A stretch of 64,000 bases of DNA from Lytechinus pictus. Lineage: Eukaryota. Location: NCBI RefSeq assembly GCF_037042905.1, contig NW_026974148.1, positions 62,001 through 126,000 on the forward strand, read 5' to 3'. The position numbers and the translations under genes were made by a program. Below the pieces are notes generated by a model. That model searched no databases. It was given only the letters and a program-made list of their open reading frames with translations, and had not been told where the DNA came from. Shown here piece by piece: positions 27,101-39,388 of the stretch (its first letter is position 1; the number at the start of each line of letters is the position of its first letter).

Positions 27101-30100
27101 TGTTGGCTCCTCCTAGGCCAGACACCCAAGAATGCTTATTTGTCACATGGTGGGTGAGGCCGTGCCACTTAGCCTGATGATACAAATGACAATCAACACA
27201 TACTTACGTTATTACATAATCAAGTAGCTTCTGAAACTGAAGTAGTATACCGGTAAATGTAAGATATATGATCTCTTTAAGGGTACAAATATTATAGACC
27301 GGAACTGTTCTTAGTGAATTCAACACTCAATATAATTTTAAAAGATTGGGTTACAGTACCACAAAAACAGAAATTTAATAACATATAGACAAATTTCATA
27401 AAGATTCAAGGATTTTATAAAGTTATATAAAAAATTATCATAGGTGCTTGGTGTGGAATTGGTAATAATTGCAAAGATCATTCTTACTTTGAAAGACCCG
27501 CTGTCCCCTTTGCATTCCTTTGAACAGTACCAAAAGTGAAGAACCACATGCCTAGCCCAATATGCTAATGGTCTAGTCGCTGCTCTGGAAGATGCCTGGA
27601 AAATGAAGGAAACTTCCTATTTAATATGTAATTATTATTTTTTTCTTGAATCAGCCTCCATGTGACAAAAGACTAATACAAACATTTCTGTACCATCACT
27701 ACCTGTTCAATTCAAACTCTAAGACCTCACTTGTAAATCTATACACATTAATGCATATCTTACCTAAAACAATATTATCATGGCTAAAACTATTTCTGAA
27801 AACAAATTTGATGTTTAGCATTATTCATGAAAGAGATTTTACCTTGGATAATTTCTTTCCAAGATTCTTTGCTCCATGCCAAGTGTCCCATGAGTGAGTA
27901 ATCTGTGGTCGCTGCACTCCTGAAAAGTGAAAAAAGAGAAGAAAAAAAATCAACACCTTCAACTTCACCAAGTACATGATTGCTTGTTATTGTCCAAGCT
28001 TAGGAACTCTCTCCATGTCAATTTCTTTTTCATGCACTTCCATTATATTCGTTACAATCAAGAGACATTTGCGAAGTAAACACAGAAGCATTCACTCAAG
28101 CACACCACATCCAACACACTTTGTGCATGCACATTTCAGTGCATATTGTAACATAGCAACAGATTGAGATTCAAGACTGAAAGCTTTCCATCCCCAGAAT
28201 AGTGTCATAACTGTTTTGGGGCAGCTAAGCAATTAGTTATCCATATCGCTATTACATTTACCATCATTTGGTGGACACTGCAGTACATAATTGAATGTGC
28301 GATAATACTTTGCCCATGGCGTCAATCGCAGGGAATGGGGAATATTTCAATATTTCAGATGGCTTGCTTTATCATTCCCCAATAATCCCAGGTAGAACGT
28401 CATAATTACTATATCATGTTCATTATGATGACGGACAAGGAGATATCACGATGATAGCAATGATTACTAATGAGAACAGAGTCCCACCTTGTACCTCTGC
28501 ATCAATTTGTAACTTCCCAACATAGCTTGAAATACAGGCACATGCCACAAATATCAAATGTTTAGTGTTACAAATGTTTATTATGTCAAATAAGTGGAGA
28601 ATATACAAACTAAATGTGAATGGAAAATCAAAAGAGGTTACGTATTCAAACAACCCCTCCCCCCTCAAAATATAAAAATGAAAAATAAATAAATAAAAGG
28701 AAAATACCCATGATAGAAACAGAATTGACATACTCATAACCTTGGCAATGGAAGAGTGGGCATCTGTTACCACCTCCTTGACATCCAGGCCACTGTCTTC
28801 AAGAGCCAGAAGGCTCTCCTTGAACCCCTTCATTTCCATCAAAGGGCTTTTGTCTCCAACCTCTCTCTTGTCCACAAATTGGACGTTGAGGACATCTTTT
28901 GTGGTGTGCTCCATCAACGTATACGTCAGGAACTGGGCACTATGGCCAGGGCTGTCATTCCTACCGTCGCCTAAAAGACAACAAAGAAATATCAATTTGA
29001 TTTTAAAGAAGACAAAGATTGACAAACATTCAAATCTGATTACAATGATCATTGAACCAATTGCGAAGTTGTGATTATCACTGTTATTTTTTATCTGTCA
29101 ACAAAAAATCATTTTTTAAAATACCACATAGTTTTTAACCCAAAGATTAAAAAAAAACGCATAATGCCGAACAATTAATCAAGAATTCGAACTTCAACTA
29201 GGAAAGAGCTCCCCAAAATCATATGAATGATAATGATAATATGAATATCCTGGTAGGGAAACATTTGAAGAGACTAATAAGGACACCTCACGATTTATTT
29301 TGTATATTATTTGAAAAAAAATGTGAAGATTTGATTCCTAAATGAAAATTGTAGAATAGCAGTTACTAGTGCAACCTATCCGCATACAAGTATCAGCTTC
29401 CTGTTTAATGAATTCTTAAATAAATGAAACAGAAATAGTGAGTTTGTGAATTCATCTGTGTTGTGCATATAACTGTTATGTGAAAATTAGCAAAACTTTG
29501 GAATGTAATAACTTTCTTCTATTACATCTGATATTGACAAAAATAATTGAGCTTCTCAAATATTTCTGTATTTATTCAAATGGACATTTGGCTGGCCAGG
29601 GTGGACTTGGCTTTTGAAAAATACTCTTCAGCAATTCATCCACTTTTAATCGATAGATAGCTATATATTTTCTACAAACAGAATAGAAGATGACTGCATA
29701 CCACAACCGGAGTGCCAGAATGTTTTTCGATTGTATTCTTCCTAACATTCTTCCAATGGGCCTCTACAGCAGGGCATACGTATTTTTTTTTGCACTGCCG
29801 CAAACATCGAGTGCCCCATGAAATTCAGACGGGCAAACTGTGCCATGAGGGACACTTTGCGGAAGTTGTTCCCGGTGAGGATCAAGGCACTCGCCAACTT
29901 CAAATCCCCGATGTGCGACCGCCTGATAGTTTCCTGGGAACACCAGGATGGTGTCCCATGTCCATTTGGGCAGATCTGAAAGATATAAAGCGGAAATATT
30001 ATATTTTTCTTATTCTATTGTACATAAGTTCTGGTTTAGTAACATGAATTATACTTCATTTCTTTTCACGCAAGTTTATATACTGGATCTGTAAGATATT

Positions 30101-31694
30101 GTGATACAAATTAATCAACTTTGTAACCTTTGATCTGCTCACTCACAAGGGTAAACATACATGTATTATTGTTAGGAGTGCCTGGATTGTTACCAAGAAA
30201 AGAGTTTTTGTGAATAAATTCTGAAAGAATGCCAACTTGTGACATGAAAAAGTAACAATTTGCCTGTAATTTGTGTTGACTCAGGTACAATTTGAATAGT
30301 AATTATATCCCCTCACACAGAAGATTGACAGTCAACACTTTCATAAAAAATAATATTTAATTGTAAAACTATTGTTTCATTCAGAAAAATTAATGTTTGT
30401 GTTACATGTAAATGTAATATAGGGTACATTTTAAAATGCAGATATAATTTTAATCACAAATACCACATCAAGTCGACAAAGCAAAAAAAAAGGATGACTT
30501 ATTGGAGAGGCAAAAAGAAACATATAAAATCAATGAATCATTACCCAGTCTATATGGGCAGCACTCCCATTTCCCTGTCTTACATGCACAGCAAGACTTG
30601 ATGCACATTGGGTGCACTTCGATATTGCTTTTTTAGCTATATCTAACAGCCTATTCTCTGTGATGACGAACAATTTGACGTCTTCCGCTTCTTGAGCTGT
30701 TGACTTCTGGTGTAGACCAGACCTTGTGAACTGTGACTCCTGTGGGGTGTCCTCCAGCCTAATATCCTCCCCCATCTCATGCTCCTCTTCCCCAACCTCT
30801 GTCAGTCCTTTACAATCCTCTCTGCAAAAGACATGGAAACACTAGTTTTTAAAAAAATTGCAAAAAAGACAAGTTGCAGTATCATCAGAGATGCACAAAA
30901 CTGATTTAGTTCCCAACACAATGCCAGGAAGCCTCAAGATAGAGCTATATGTAAATATTTAAATGTGCATAGCAATAATGAAATAATAAAGATTAAAAAG
31001 TACATGAAATCTTTGAGAATTCTGGCATCAAAATTCTTCCCATATAATGTTACAAGGATATTTCATTGAAGTAGCTCAGAAATAATTAAAGATAATAAAG
31101 AAGTTTGAAGAAAAAAGGTAAGAATACAGAGAATTAGAAAATAATAAATAAATCACAGCAAAATTTAGGTTAGTAGATAAGTTTAAAAACATAATTCAAC
31201 AGATTATTACAAAGGATACAACGACAAAGACTGAATACCTAATGAACTGCTTTGATTTTATACATGAATTTGCACAACAACAAAAAATACTTTACAATCC
31301 AAATTTCTGGGGGAGGTGATCGTTGGCAAATTAAAAATGAAATATTAGAAATAAGTAAGATTGTGTCTTGCACCAACACTTTCAATATTATTTACCCAAT
31401 TTGAAGCCGCAATGTAAGCTCGGGGTCCTCAAAGTCAGAATCGGATTCTTCATCCAGAACATCCTCTGTTGGGTAGACAAAGTCCCCCTTTTCATAATAA
31501 CTAACGCTGATGCTGGTGTAAAAACATAAAATATTGATTTAATATACAGTCATTCTCTACTGCAAAAATAACAAAAAAAAATTAATATTAACCTAGTGGT
31601 ATATGGTCTCACTTTCCCTGCATGTACTTTATTACCCTGCTTTAAGAATACAAAACAAAATTGAGTACCATTAATCATTGACTTTCAAATCCAA

Positions 31695-31959
31695 AATTTA
31701 ATTCCATAATTTATTGTTCGAAATAGACATGAAATGAAATACTCCTAAAATTTGCTTTGCCCAATTGATCGTGGGCCCGGCAGCCACTGTGCAGCGCCAG
31801 ATCGACGAGGCTCTATCCCTTTAAACGTTGAACGCCAAACAGGGTAGCAACAACTCCCATCTTTTAACGTCTTTTGGTCTGACGCAGCCGGGGTTTGAAC
31901 CCCCGACCTCCCGGTTCATGTGAGACGAACGCTCTACAAACTGAGCCAACACACTGGTC
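31695..31959 (-). mobile_element. tRNA-derived SINE with a Meta-like central domain, in a transposase intron
   Basis: Minus strand: A box TGGCTCAGTTTG, B box GGTTCAAACCC, then CAGACCAAAAGACGTTAAAAGATGGGAGTTGTTGCTACCCTGTTTGGCG. Confidence 0.8.
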
Positions 31960-32659
31960 TTTAAACTGCCTCTTCTAATTGTTAGCACTAATTGCATACA
32001 AGGCCCCAATTCATCTTATTCATGTATTTCTAAAATTAATGAAAGAGGAATCACATCAAATACGGTACTGTACACCAGAGCTTGGTACTTCATGCACATA
32101 TTGAGGTATTGGGGATACTTACTCAAACATGTCGGAATCACTTGCAGCTGGTATACTGTGACTTGATGATATACAAAGGTGGATAGCAGAGCATGAAATT
32201 AGTAAGACCATGTTATTTTAATGTAAAGGCATATACCATTTCCAAACAAAGGTTATTAATAAGCTAAAATAGTTTATGTATAGTAACATTAACATGTAAT
32301 TCTTGATGTTAACATCTAAATACAAAGTATTTCCCATCCCTTTTGGTTACATGATGTTTGCTCAAGCAACAATTGCTCTGTGGCAAATTCCACAAATTAA
32401 TAAAAGGACCAACTGCAACCCAAGATTTAACACTACCGGTATATCCATCCTGAACAAAACCCGAAGCATAACTCTTAACCTAACATAAAACCCTATTGCA
32501 ACCCTCACCCTATATCAGTCACTGAAACAAATGTTGTGTCTCCTAAAAAACCAGGGTACTGGTATAAAGCTTGCAACAGTAATTAATACAATGTTAGGCA
32601 TGACACACAATTTTAAAACTTCCAATCACACCGCCATGTCATGCAAATCTTAACTTCAC

Positions 32660-33841
32660 CTGTTTCATCCAAATACATGTAGATCTATGCAGATAATAAG
32701 TGCAAGTTTCATATAAAAGTATTAGCTTGGAGTAAAGGCCTATCAATCATGATCTGCTTACAAAGAAACACATTGACACATATCTCCTTATGATATATCA
32801 CTCACACGAAAATAAAACCGAGATCAACTTACATGGAAGGTCTTCCTGACCCTATCAATGATATTGCAGAACAAGCATCAGAATCCCTAAATTAACAAAA
32901 TTAAGAACAGGGTTAAAATAATATATTTTGTATTCAACTTACGTGAACTTATTGTCTGTGTCTGTATGTATGAATAATAAGATATTGGCAAAATAATCAT
33001 GGGAAGCAAGCAACATGTCAGGTCTGTTAAAAAGCAGTAACAATACATCTACACTGTTTCATCCAAATACATGTAGATCTATGCAGATAATAAGTGCAAG
33101 TTTCATATAAAAGTATTAGCTTGGAGTAAAGGCCTATCAATCATGATCTGCTTACAAAGAAACACATTGACACATATCTCCTTATGATATATCACTCACA
33201 CGAAAATAAAACCGAGATCAACTTACATGGAAGGTCTTCCTGACCCTATCAATGATATTGCAGAACAAGCATCAGAATCCCTAAATTAACAAAATTAAGA
33301 ACAGGGTTAAAATAATATATTTTGTATTCAACTTACGTGAACTTATTGTCTGTGTCTGTATGTATGAATAATAAGATATTGGCAAAATAATAATGGGAAG
33401 CAAGCAACATGTCAGGTCTGTTAAAAAGCAGTAACAATACATCTACACTGTTTCATCCAAATACATGTAGATCTATGCAGATAATAAGTGCAAGTTTCAT
33501 ATAAAAGTATTAGCTTGGAGTAAAGGCCTATCAATCATGATCTGCTTACAAAGAAACACATTGACACATATCTCCTTATGATATATCACTCACACGAAAA
33601 TAAAACCGAGATCAACTTACATGGAAGGTCTTCCTGACCCTATCAATGATATTGCAGAACAAGCATCAGAATCCCTAAATTAACAATATTAAGAACAGGG
33701 TTAAAATAATATATTTTGTATTCAACTTACGTGAACTTATTGTCTGTGTCTGTATGTATGAATAATAAGATATTGGCAAAATAATCATGGGAAGCAAGCA
33801 ACATGTCAGGTCTGTTAAAAAGCAGTAACAATACATCTACA
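32660..33841. repeat. Three tandem copies of a 394-bp unit, each containing a 54-nt transposase exon
   Basis: Units start at 32660, 33054 and 33448; only two substitutions noticed among copies. Confidence 0.95.
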
Positions 33842-36800
33842 ATTGGTTTTTCAGCTTAAATCTTACAATTCCACAAAATTCAGCTCAAGGAACTGTACCA
33901 ATTCTAGATACACTCTGATAAAGGACAATTAATCTTGGTTTTGGTTCTACAAACTTTCTTGTGAATTCAGTATTTACTGCACATACTTTCAGTTTTGAAT
34001 TTGTGGCAACACTTGACATCATAATCATTTCATTCTAATTTGATCTATAACAAGCTTTACACACCCAAAGCAAAATAAATTTAAAAAAATGTTGACATAA
34101 TGGCAAGAAATGTGCAATAATGGCCCCGTCTTACAAAGAGTTACGATTGATCCGATCATCCTGAACTGTGTACATGTATATACTTTTTTTCCCAAAAAAT
34201 TAGCACCATGTCCTTTTTATGAAAAAAAAACATTCTAAATTGTCAAGCAGCAATGAACAAAGGAATACACATGTACATCGTATCTAGAAAACATTTTCAA
34301 TATTAATTTCATATGTTGGCGACTTGGCGCTGTTGGCTTTCCATAGTTGTGGTTGATTGGACCACTCTTAACTCTTCGTAAAACAGGCCTGGTATGCTTA
34401 TTATCGTCTTGAAAGAAACTGCAGTATAACTGTACATAATTTAACATATCATTGATCATTACTGCCTCAATTTAAATAAACTTACTTATCATCGGCAAAT
34501 TTGCCTGAGGCTCCACTTCCCTTAAAAGGTGTCGAAGCAAATGCGGTACTCCTGATAATAGAATGAAGGTTTGAAGATAAAGAGGGATTTTTTTAAACAA
34601 AATCAATAAGAAAGTATCCCCACAATTACCAGTCTCATAATATGAAATTATGAAGACACAATTTCCTCTTTATAAATTACTTTGACAGATCACATACGTG
34701 CAAAAATTAGAATATGCAGAAAATACACATGTACAGGTACAGTATGAGGGACTGCATGACCATCTGACTAAAAGTACTTGGAAAAAACTGATTTTTTGCA
34801 ACCAGCATGGAAATTATTTGTGAAAATCACGATGTTCCCACCTTCTTATATTGTGCAAAGTATGTGAATGTACATTCTCTGCATCACTGTTATTGCTTCC
34901 TTTATTAAAATTTGATGTATTGAAAATAATTCTGACTATATTAGTACATGTACATCCGCATGTTGGGTTACTGACAGGTAATTTTACTGTAGAGTTCACA
35001 GAGTCTGATTCTCCCTTCCCCTGAAGAAAAAAGTTTCCCAAATGTAATAATAAAAAAATAATAATAATAAATCATCAATATCCAAATACGTTTATTAAAC
35101 CTACATGTACTTTAAAGAGACATCTCACCTGTTCTCTACAGTTTCCTTCCTTGTACACATACTTGATTCCCCGAAACTTTCACTGGCACACTCATGGGAC
35201 TGCTCTTGGGATCTAAGGTTAGATGAGAGAATATACAAATACCCTCAATAAAGAAAATATTCTTCAAAAAAATTATAAGAGTTCAATACACACACACATT
35301 TACATGTAAAATCATTCCACTTTGTTTCTGAAATAATTTGCAACCTAAAAAAAAAAGTCAGCAACGAATTGAAGAGATACATGCATTTAATGTACATGTA
35401 GAAATGTTCTTACCACAAAATCTAATAAAACATTTATCAACTTATATGTGCCTGCTTAGCTAGGTATATTTTATGTTGTCATTTTTTTATGTTGAATTCT
35501 AATATATATCATGTTGTTTATTTTTTTATTTTTGTTCAATGTACAGTGACGAAGTAAATGAGAACATACAAATAAATACAACATTTAAAAAAGTATGTTC
35601 GTGATACAAAAATCTTCTGTAGTAAACCAAATCACAAGGCACGGCACAATTTGAATAAAAATGCATGTAAAATATTTGAATCTTACCTGTCATCGACATT
35701 TCCCACACTGGTTCCTGCACTGATACCGGTGCAATTCTTGGAGTGTTCTTCGTGTCTGAAGTGTGATGCAAAGAGACAAATGTTAATAAATGATGTATAA
35801 GTAACATGTACATGTATACTTCCATAAGGACACATTAAACACTCTGTGATTCTGTGATTTAAAAAAAAATTCTTTGGTACCTTTTGTTAGATTTAGATAA
35901 CTTGTTAAATGTTGGATCTCGTCTAAAAACTTACAGATAAATAGGTATAGGCCAAGGTATGCTATTTGACATTGTAAAAGTATGTATCTATTTCTGTCGG
36001 AACCGGAAATATGCTCCGCTAAGACTTTATCTGGCTCCGCAGCATAAACTCTTTGACTGAGTGTTATGTCATTACACTAGCATGATTAGGAGTAGGACTA
36101 ATTAGGACAAGGGGATGTGTGCACCTCACGTTAGGCAAGGACAAAAAAAAAAAATCTTTTTTTTTTTTGAAAAACTCCTCCGATACAGCGGATTTATCAT
36201 CAGTCTTTGAGCTTTGACACCCCACCATAACACGGTCACTAAACACACATGTAACGTTAATTGGGGAATGGATGGAAAATTTGGCATATTTCAAGTAGGT
36301 CCTAGGCGCTAACGATAGGCCAAAACAGAGAATGGATAGATTCAATCAGTCAATGCTAACTTATCAACCCGGCTTGAGCCCAGGCCAAGTCCCAAGATCT
36401 ATCTGAGGAGTGCACACGCTGAAATGGAAAATCAAGTCGGGTGGTCATGTTGTCATTGATTCAGACTGTCTTGACTTGAGGACAAAAGTCAGAAAAAAAA
36501 TGCATGTAATTAGTTGGTCCACGTGGAAATCTTTCCCACGTATGGTACGGTACCGGTATGTCAGACATGTATACAGTATAGTACCCAGTTGTTGTGTGTC
36601 CGGACGATCAATTTTAGAAAGTCATTTGGAAAAATTAATACAAGCGAGGTTTCAACAATTTTTAGTAAAAAATGTTAGGAAATATTATAAAGAACAAAAT
36701 AAAACTTAGAAATGATTACAAAGCAACAAGTATTGAATTCATATTTTAGTACTTTTTAGTGTAATCCAAAGACAAAAAAAGAAGGCTTCTTCAAAGATCA

Positions 36801-38162
36801 AGTGTCCGGACACCCGACCCCCCATCCTACTTTCTTTCAACAACAGACACATCAATCAGTATCACGAAATTACGGTATATCTACTTACGTGTTAATGAGC
36901 AACTCCAGAAAACTATCATTCTTGCTTTCTCCGGTTGAGAGCATTGCTATCCGGAACTTGTCAAACATTGCTGTTGACAATGTCATGCGACTCCTTTTTG
37001 CCTCGTATCTCTCCTTCCACCCATGGCAACGGCCCCGCGTACATATGTTCACATGAACAAAAAAAAAATAATTAGCTCTGACCAAATTTATCGATATTAA
37101 ACGAACTGGACGAAAACAATCTCGAAATACCGATTACCGTAGACCGCAACGCACTTGAAAAACATGGGAAACTAGTGTGTGCACGAACGGCCGGCCGGCT
37201 CGACGCGACCGCGCGCCGGCCCGCAAGCTAGCGTGGCTTTATTTGGTGCGACAAACTCGATTGCAGAATCGCCAAGATATTGACATGTACAATTTCACGC
37301 CATAGAGGGAGTAAACAGATATTTGAGTCGGATTTGAAAAAAGACCCGACGCCCTGATTAACGGTCATTTTTTTGCTTTCTCACTTTTTTTTTTCTCACT
37401 AAATACACGATTTCTTCGAAATTTCTTTGGCAGTTCCTATTTATTTATCAATCCCATCAAATGGTGTAAGTATGAACAAAATCCGTATTTTAGTCAAATT
37501 TACAGGCTACCAAAGCTGGAACTTACCTTTAAGGATGGAAAATAGTTTGAAAATATATAGATACAAACTTCATACAAATTATAAAAAAGAAGCAAAATAA
37601 ACTGGCATCATGATACTGTGAACAGAGATACAAGATTGTTCATGCAATTAAAAAACATTTTTGCAAACTATATAGCCTCGCATCATAAAAATAGATTGAA
37701 AATATCCAATTTTTTTTTATTTAAAAAGAAATAGATATAAACCAGCCGGGCTAACATATTGCAAGGTTGCAAAGATATAAACCGGGGATATAAAGCAAAA
37801 ATATAGTAGGCCTAAAAATGGAAATTAAATATCCTATTTTTAGTTTAGCCTATTTCACCTGTAAAATAGCAAAAAAATAGTATGAATAGGAGAACAAAAA
37901 TTGAAGCAATTTCATTTATAAAAATATATTTGTAAGAAAATAGGCCCTTTTTACAAAAAAAAAGTAAAAAAAAAAAAATAGATGGGAAATTGGACAAATG
38001 TATTTTCTCGCAACAAAAACTTCAAGGGGCCAGTATCACATTAAAACTTGGTTATCAAACATGTAAAACAAAATCCTAGATGGCATTTTAACTGAGATTT
38101 ATTTTTTTATCAACATTCAACGCTGAATTTTCTTATGTTAATTGTTAAGTGATGAACCTTAA

Positions 38163-38466
38163 AGGGATGGTCCGGGCGCTGAAATATTAATTCTAAATAA
38201 ATAGAGTGAAATTCACAAAGCAAACTGCTAACAATTTCATCAAAATCGGATGACAAAATAACGAAGTTTATTAATATTTTGTGAAAACAGATATGTGCAC
38301 ATCGTCATGAATATTCATTTGGTGGGCTGATGATGTGTCGACATCCCCATTTTCCTTTTTTTATGTTAAATATGAAATTATGATTGTTTCATTTTTTTTC
38401 AATACATGTGTATAAATGTGTCTCCATTGTGATGAAGTTGCTGCATTTAATAACTAATGCGGTTAA
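38163..38466. mobile_element. Left half of a TTAA-flanked (Kolobok-type) MITE split by Kolobok copy 2
   Basis: TTAA then AGGGATGGTCC; internal TTTCATCAAAATCGGATGACAAA and GGTGGGCTGATGATG are mirrored at 62575-62850. Confidence 0.85.
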
Positions 38467-38656
38467 AGTTGATATAAGAAGACGATCACAAAAGTAGAGA
38501 TCTTTACATCATCAGAAAGCTTTCAACCTACTTAATATCAATAAGTTAATTTAAGACAATAAAACGAATTGAAAATATTAAAAATAAGCGATTAAAACTA
38601 CCTAAATATGGAAGTCATCGACGCCAATTCTCACGGCGTGAATTCGGTTCGTTTTG

Positions 38657-38673
38657 TGTGACGTCACGTCATG
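38657..38673. promoter_or_regulatory. Sub-terminal 17-bp motif containing the CRE-like palindrome TGACGTCA; inverted copy at 62365-62381
   Basis: TGTGACGTCACGTCATG and CATGACGTGACGTCACA lie 190 and 189 bp inside the two ends. Confidence 0.7.
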
Positions 38674-39388
38674 GCACTATTTGTTTTGACAAAGTGGTGG
38701 GGCCCTGTGTTGTGTGGAAAGTCTTCGTCGATATACTCCCGATACATTGTTGTTTGAGAGCTTATGATGTTATTACGAGTCAATTTGTTGTTTTCTTTCG
38801 ATTCATTTTGAATAGATAAACAACACAAAACATTATAATACCCAAAATATTATTTTTATATCATGTAATATACTTTTTTTTTTGGGGGGGAAGAGAAACC
38901 ACAGTGGTGCAAGGTGTGTGGGTATACTGTACTGTAATGAACAAACATACTTGCGAAACTTGGAGCAAATAGAACGAAGTGTGTTAAACTATCGTCGATA
39001 TTTCAAACTTAATTGTGACTATACACATAATCAACTATGTTTTTTAGCCTAAATCATCCCATCGAAGAAATACTTAATGTGAGGATATTAGTTAAAAGGG
39101 AAGTTTAAATCACGATTTCTCGACTGTCAAATGCAAGCCGACGACATTTGTTGTGATATATCTATCCGCGAGTGATGCGGCTATTGCACACAAGCGAGCG
39201 GAATCGACAAGGTTTGAGGCGCCTGGCCTGTGGGGCTGGTAAGTTGCACGCTCCGATCCGATAAAGTTATGCTCTAGTGATCCGGTTACTCCGTTGCTGC
39301 TTGGATTTTATACTCTCGGAAATTTGGTAATTTTGTTTTGATAGTCTGATTTTCTGCTTTATAGTGCTTGTCTGTGTAGAGATTAGTA

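Larger units (their letters stand above)
24664..37046 (-). pseudogene. Kolobok DDE transposase, about 18 exons: ~37046-36889, 35755-35687, 35212-35129, 34551-34486, 33674-33621, 33280-33227, 32886-32833, 32155-32123, 31512-31396, 30821-30545, 29975-~29695, 28970-28734, ~27920-27843, ~27595-27488, ~27174-26965, ~26614-26546, ~25877-25781, ~24919-24664
   Basis: GDGRNDSPGHSA, VVTDAH, WDTWHGAK, HTGTLESLHN and RARNLLAVIDY motifs with compatible GT-AG phases. Lesions: extra base in a T9 run (29783-29791), weak donor near 29695, no in-frame ATG. Confidence 0.82.
18200..37528 (-). mobile_element. Kolobok DNA transposon copy 1 (decaying); right end defined, left end approximate
   Basis: Ends ...GCTGGAACTTACCT followed by TTAA (37529-37532); contains convergent transposase and KolX genes; no matching left TIR found. 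Confidence 0.75.

Noticed and set aside
31880-31959. tRNA gene
   Set aside because: A and B boxes run into a SINE body and no acceptor stem closes; it is a SINE head
32943-32961. Second micro-exon candidate (13 or 19 nt) in each 394-bp unit
   Set aside because: Length is not a multiple of 3 and it has a stop in the required phase
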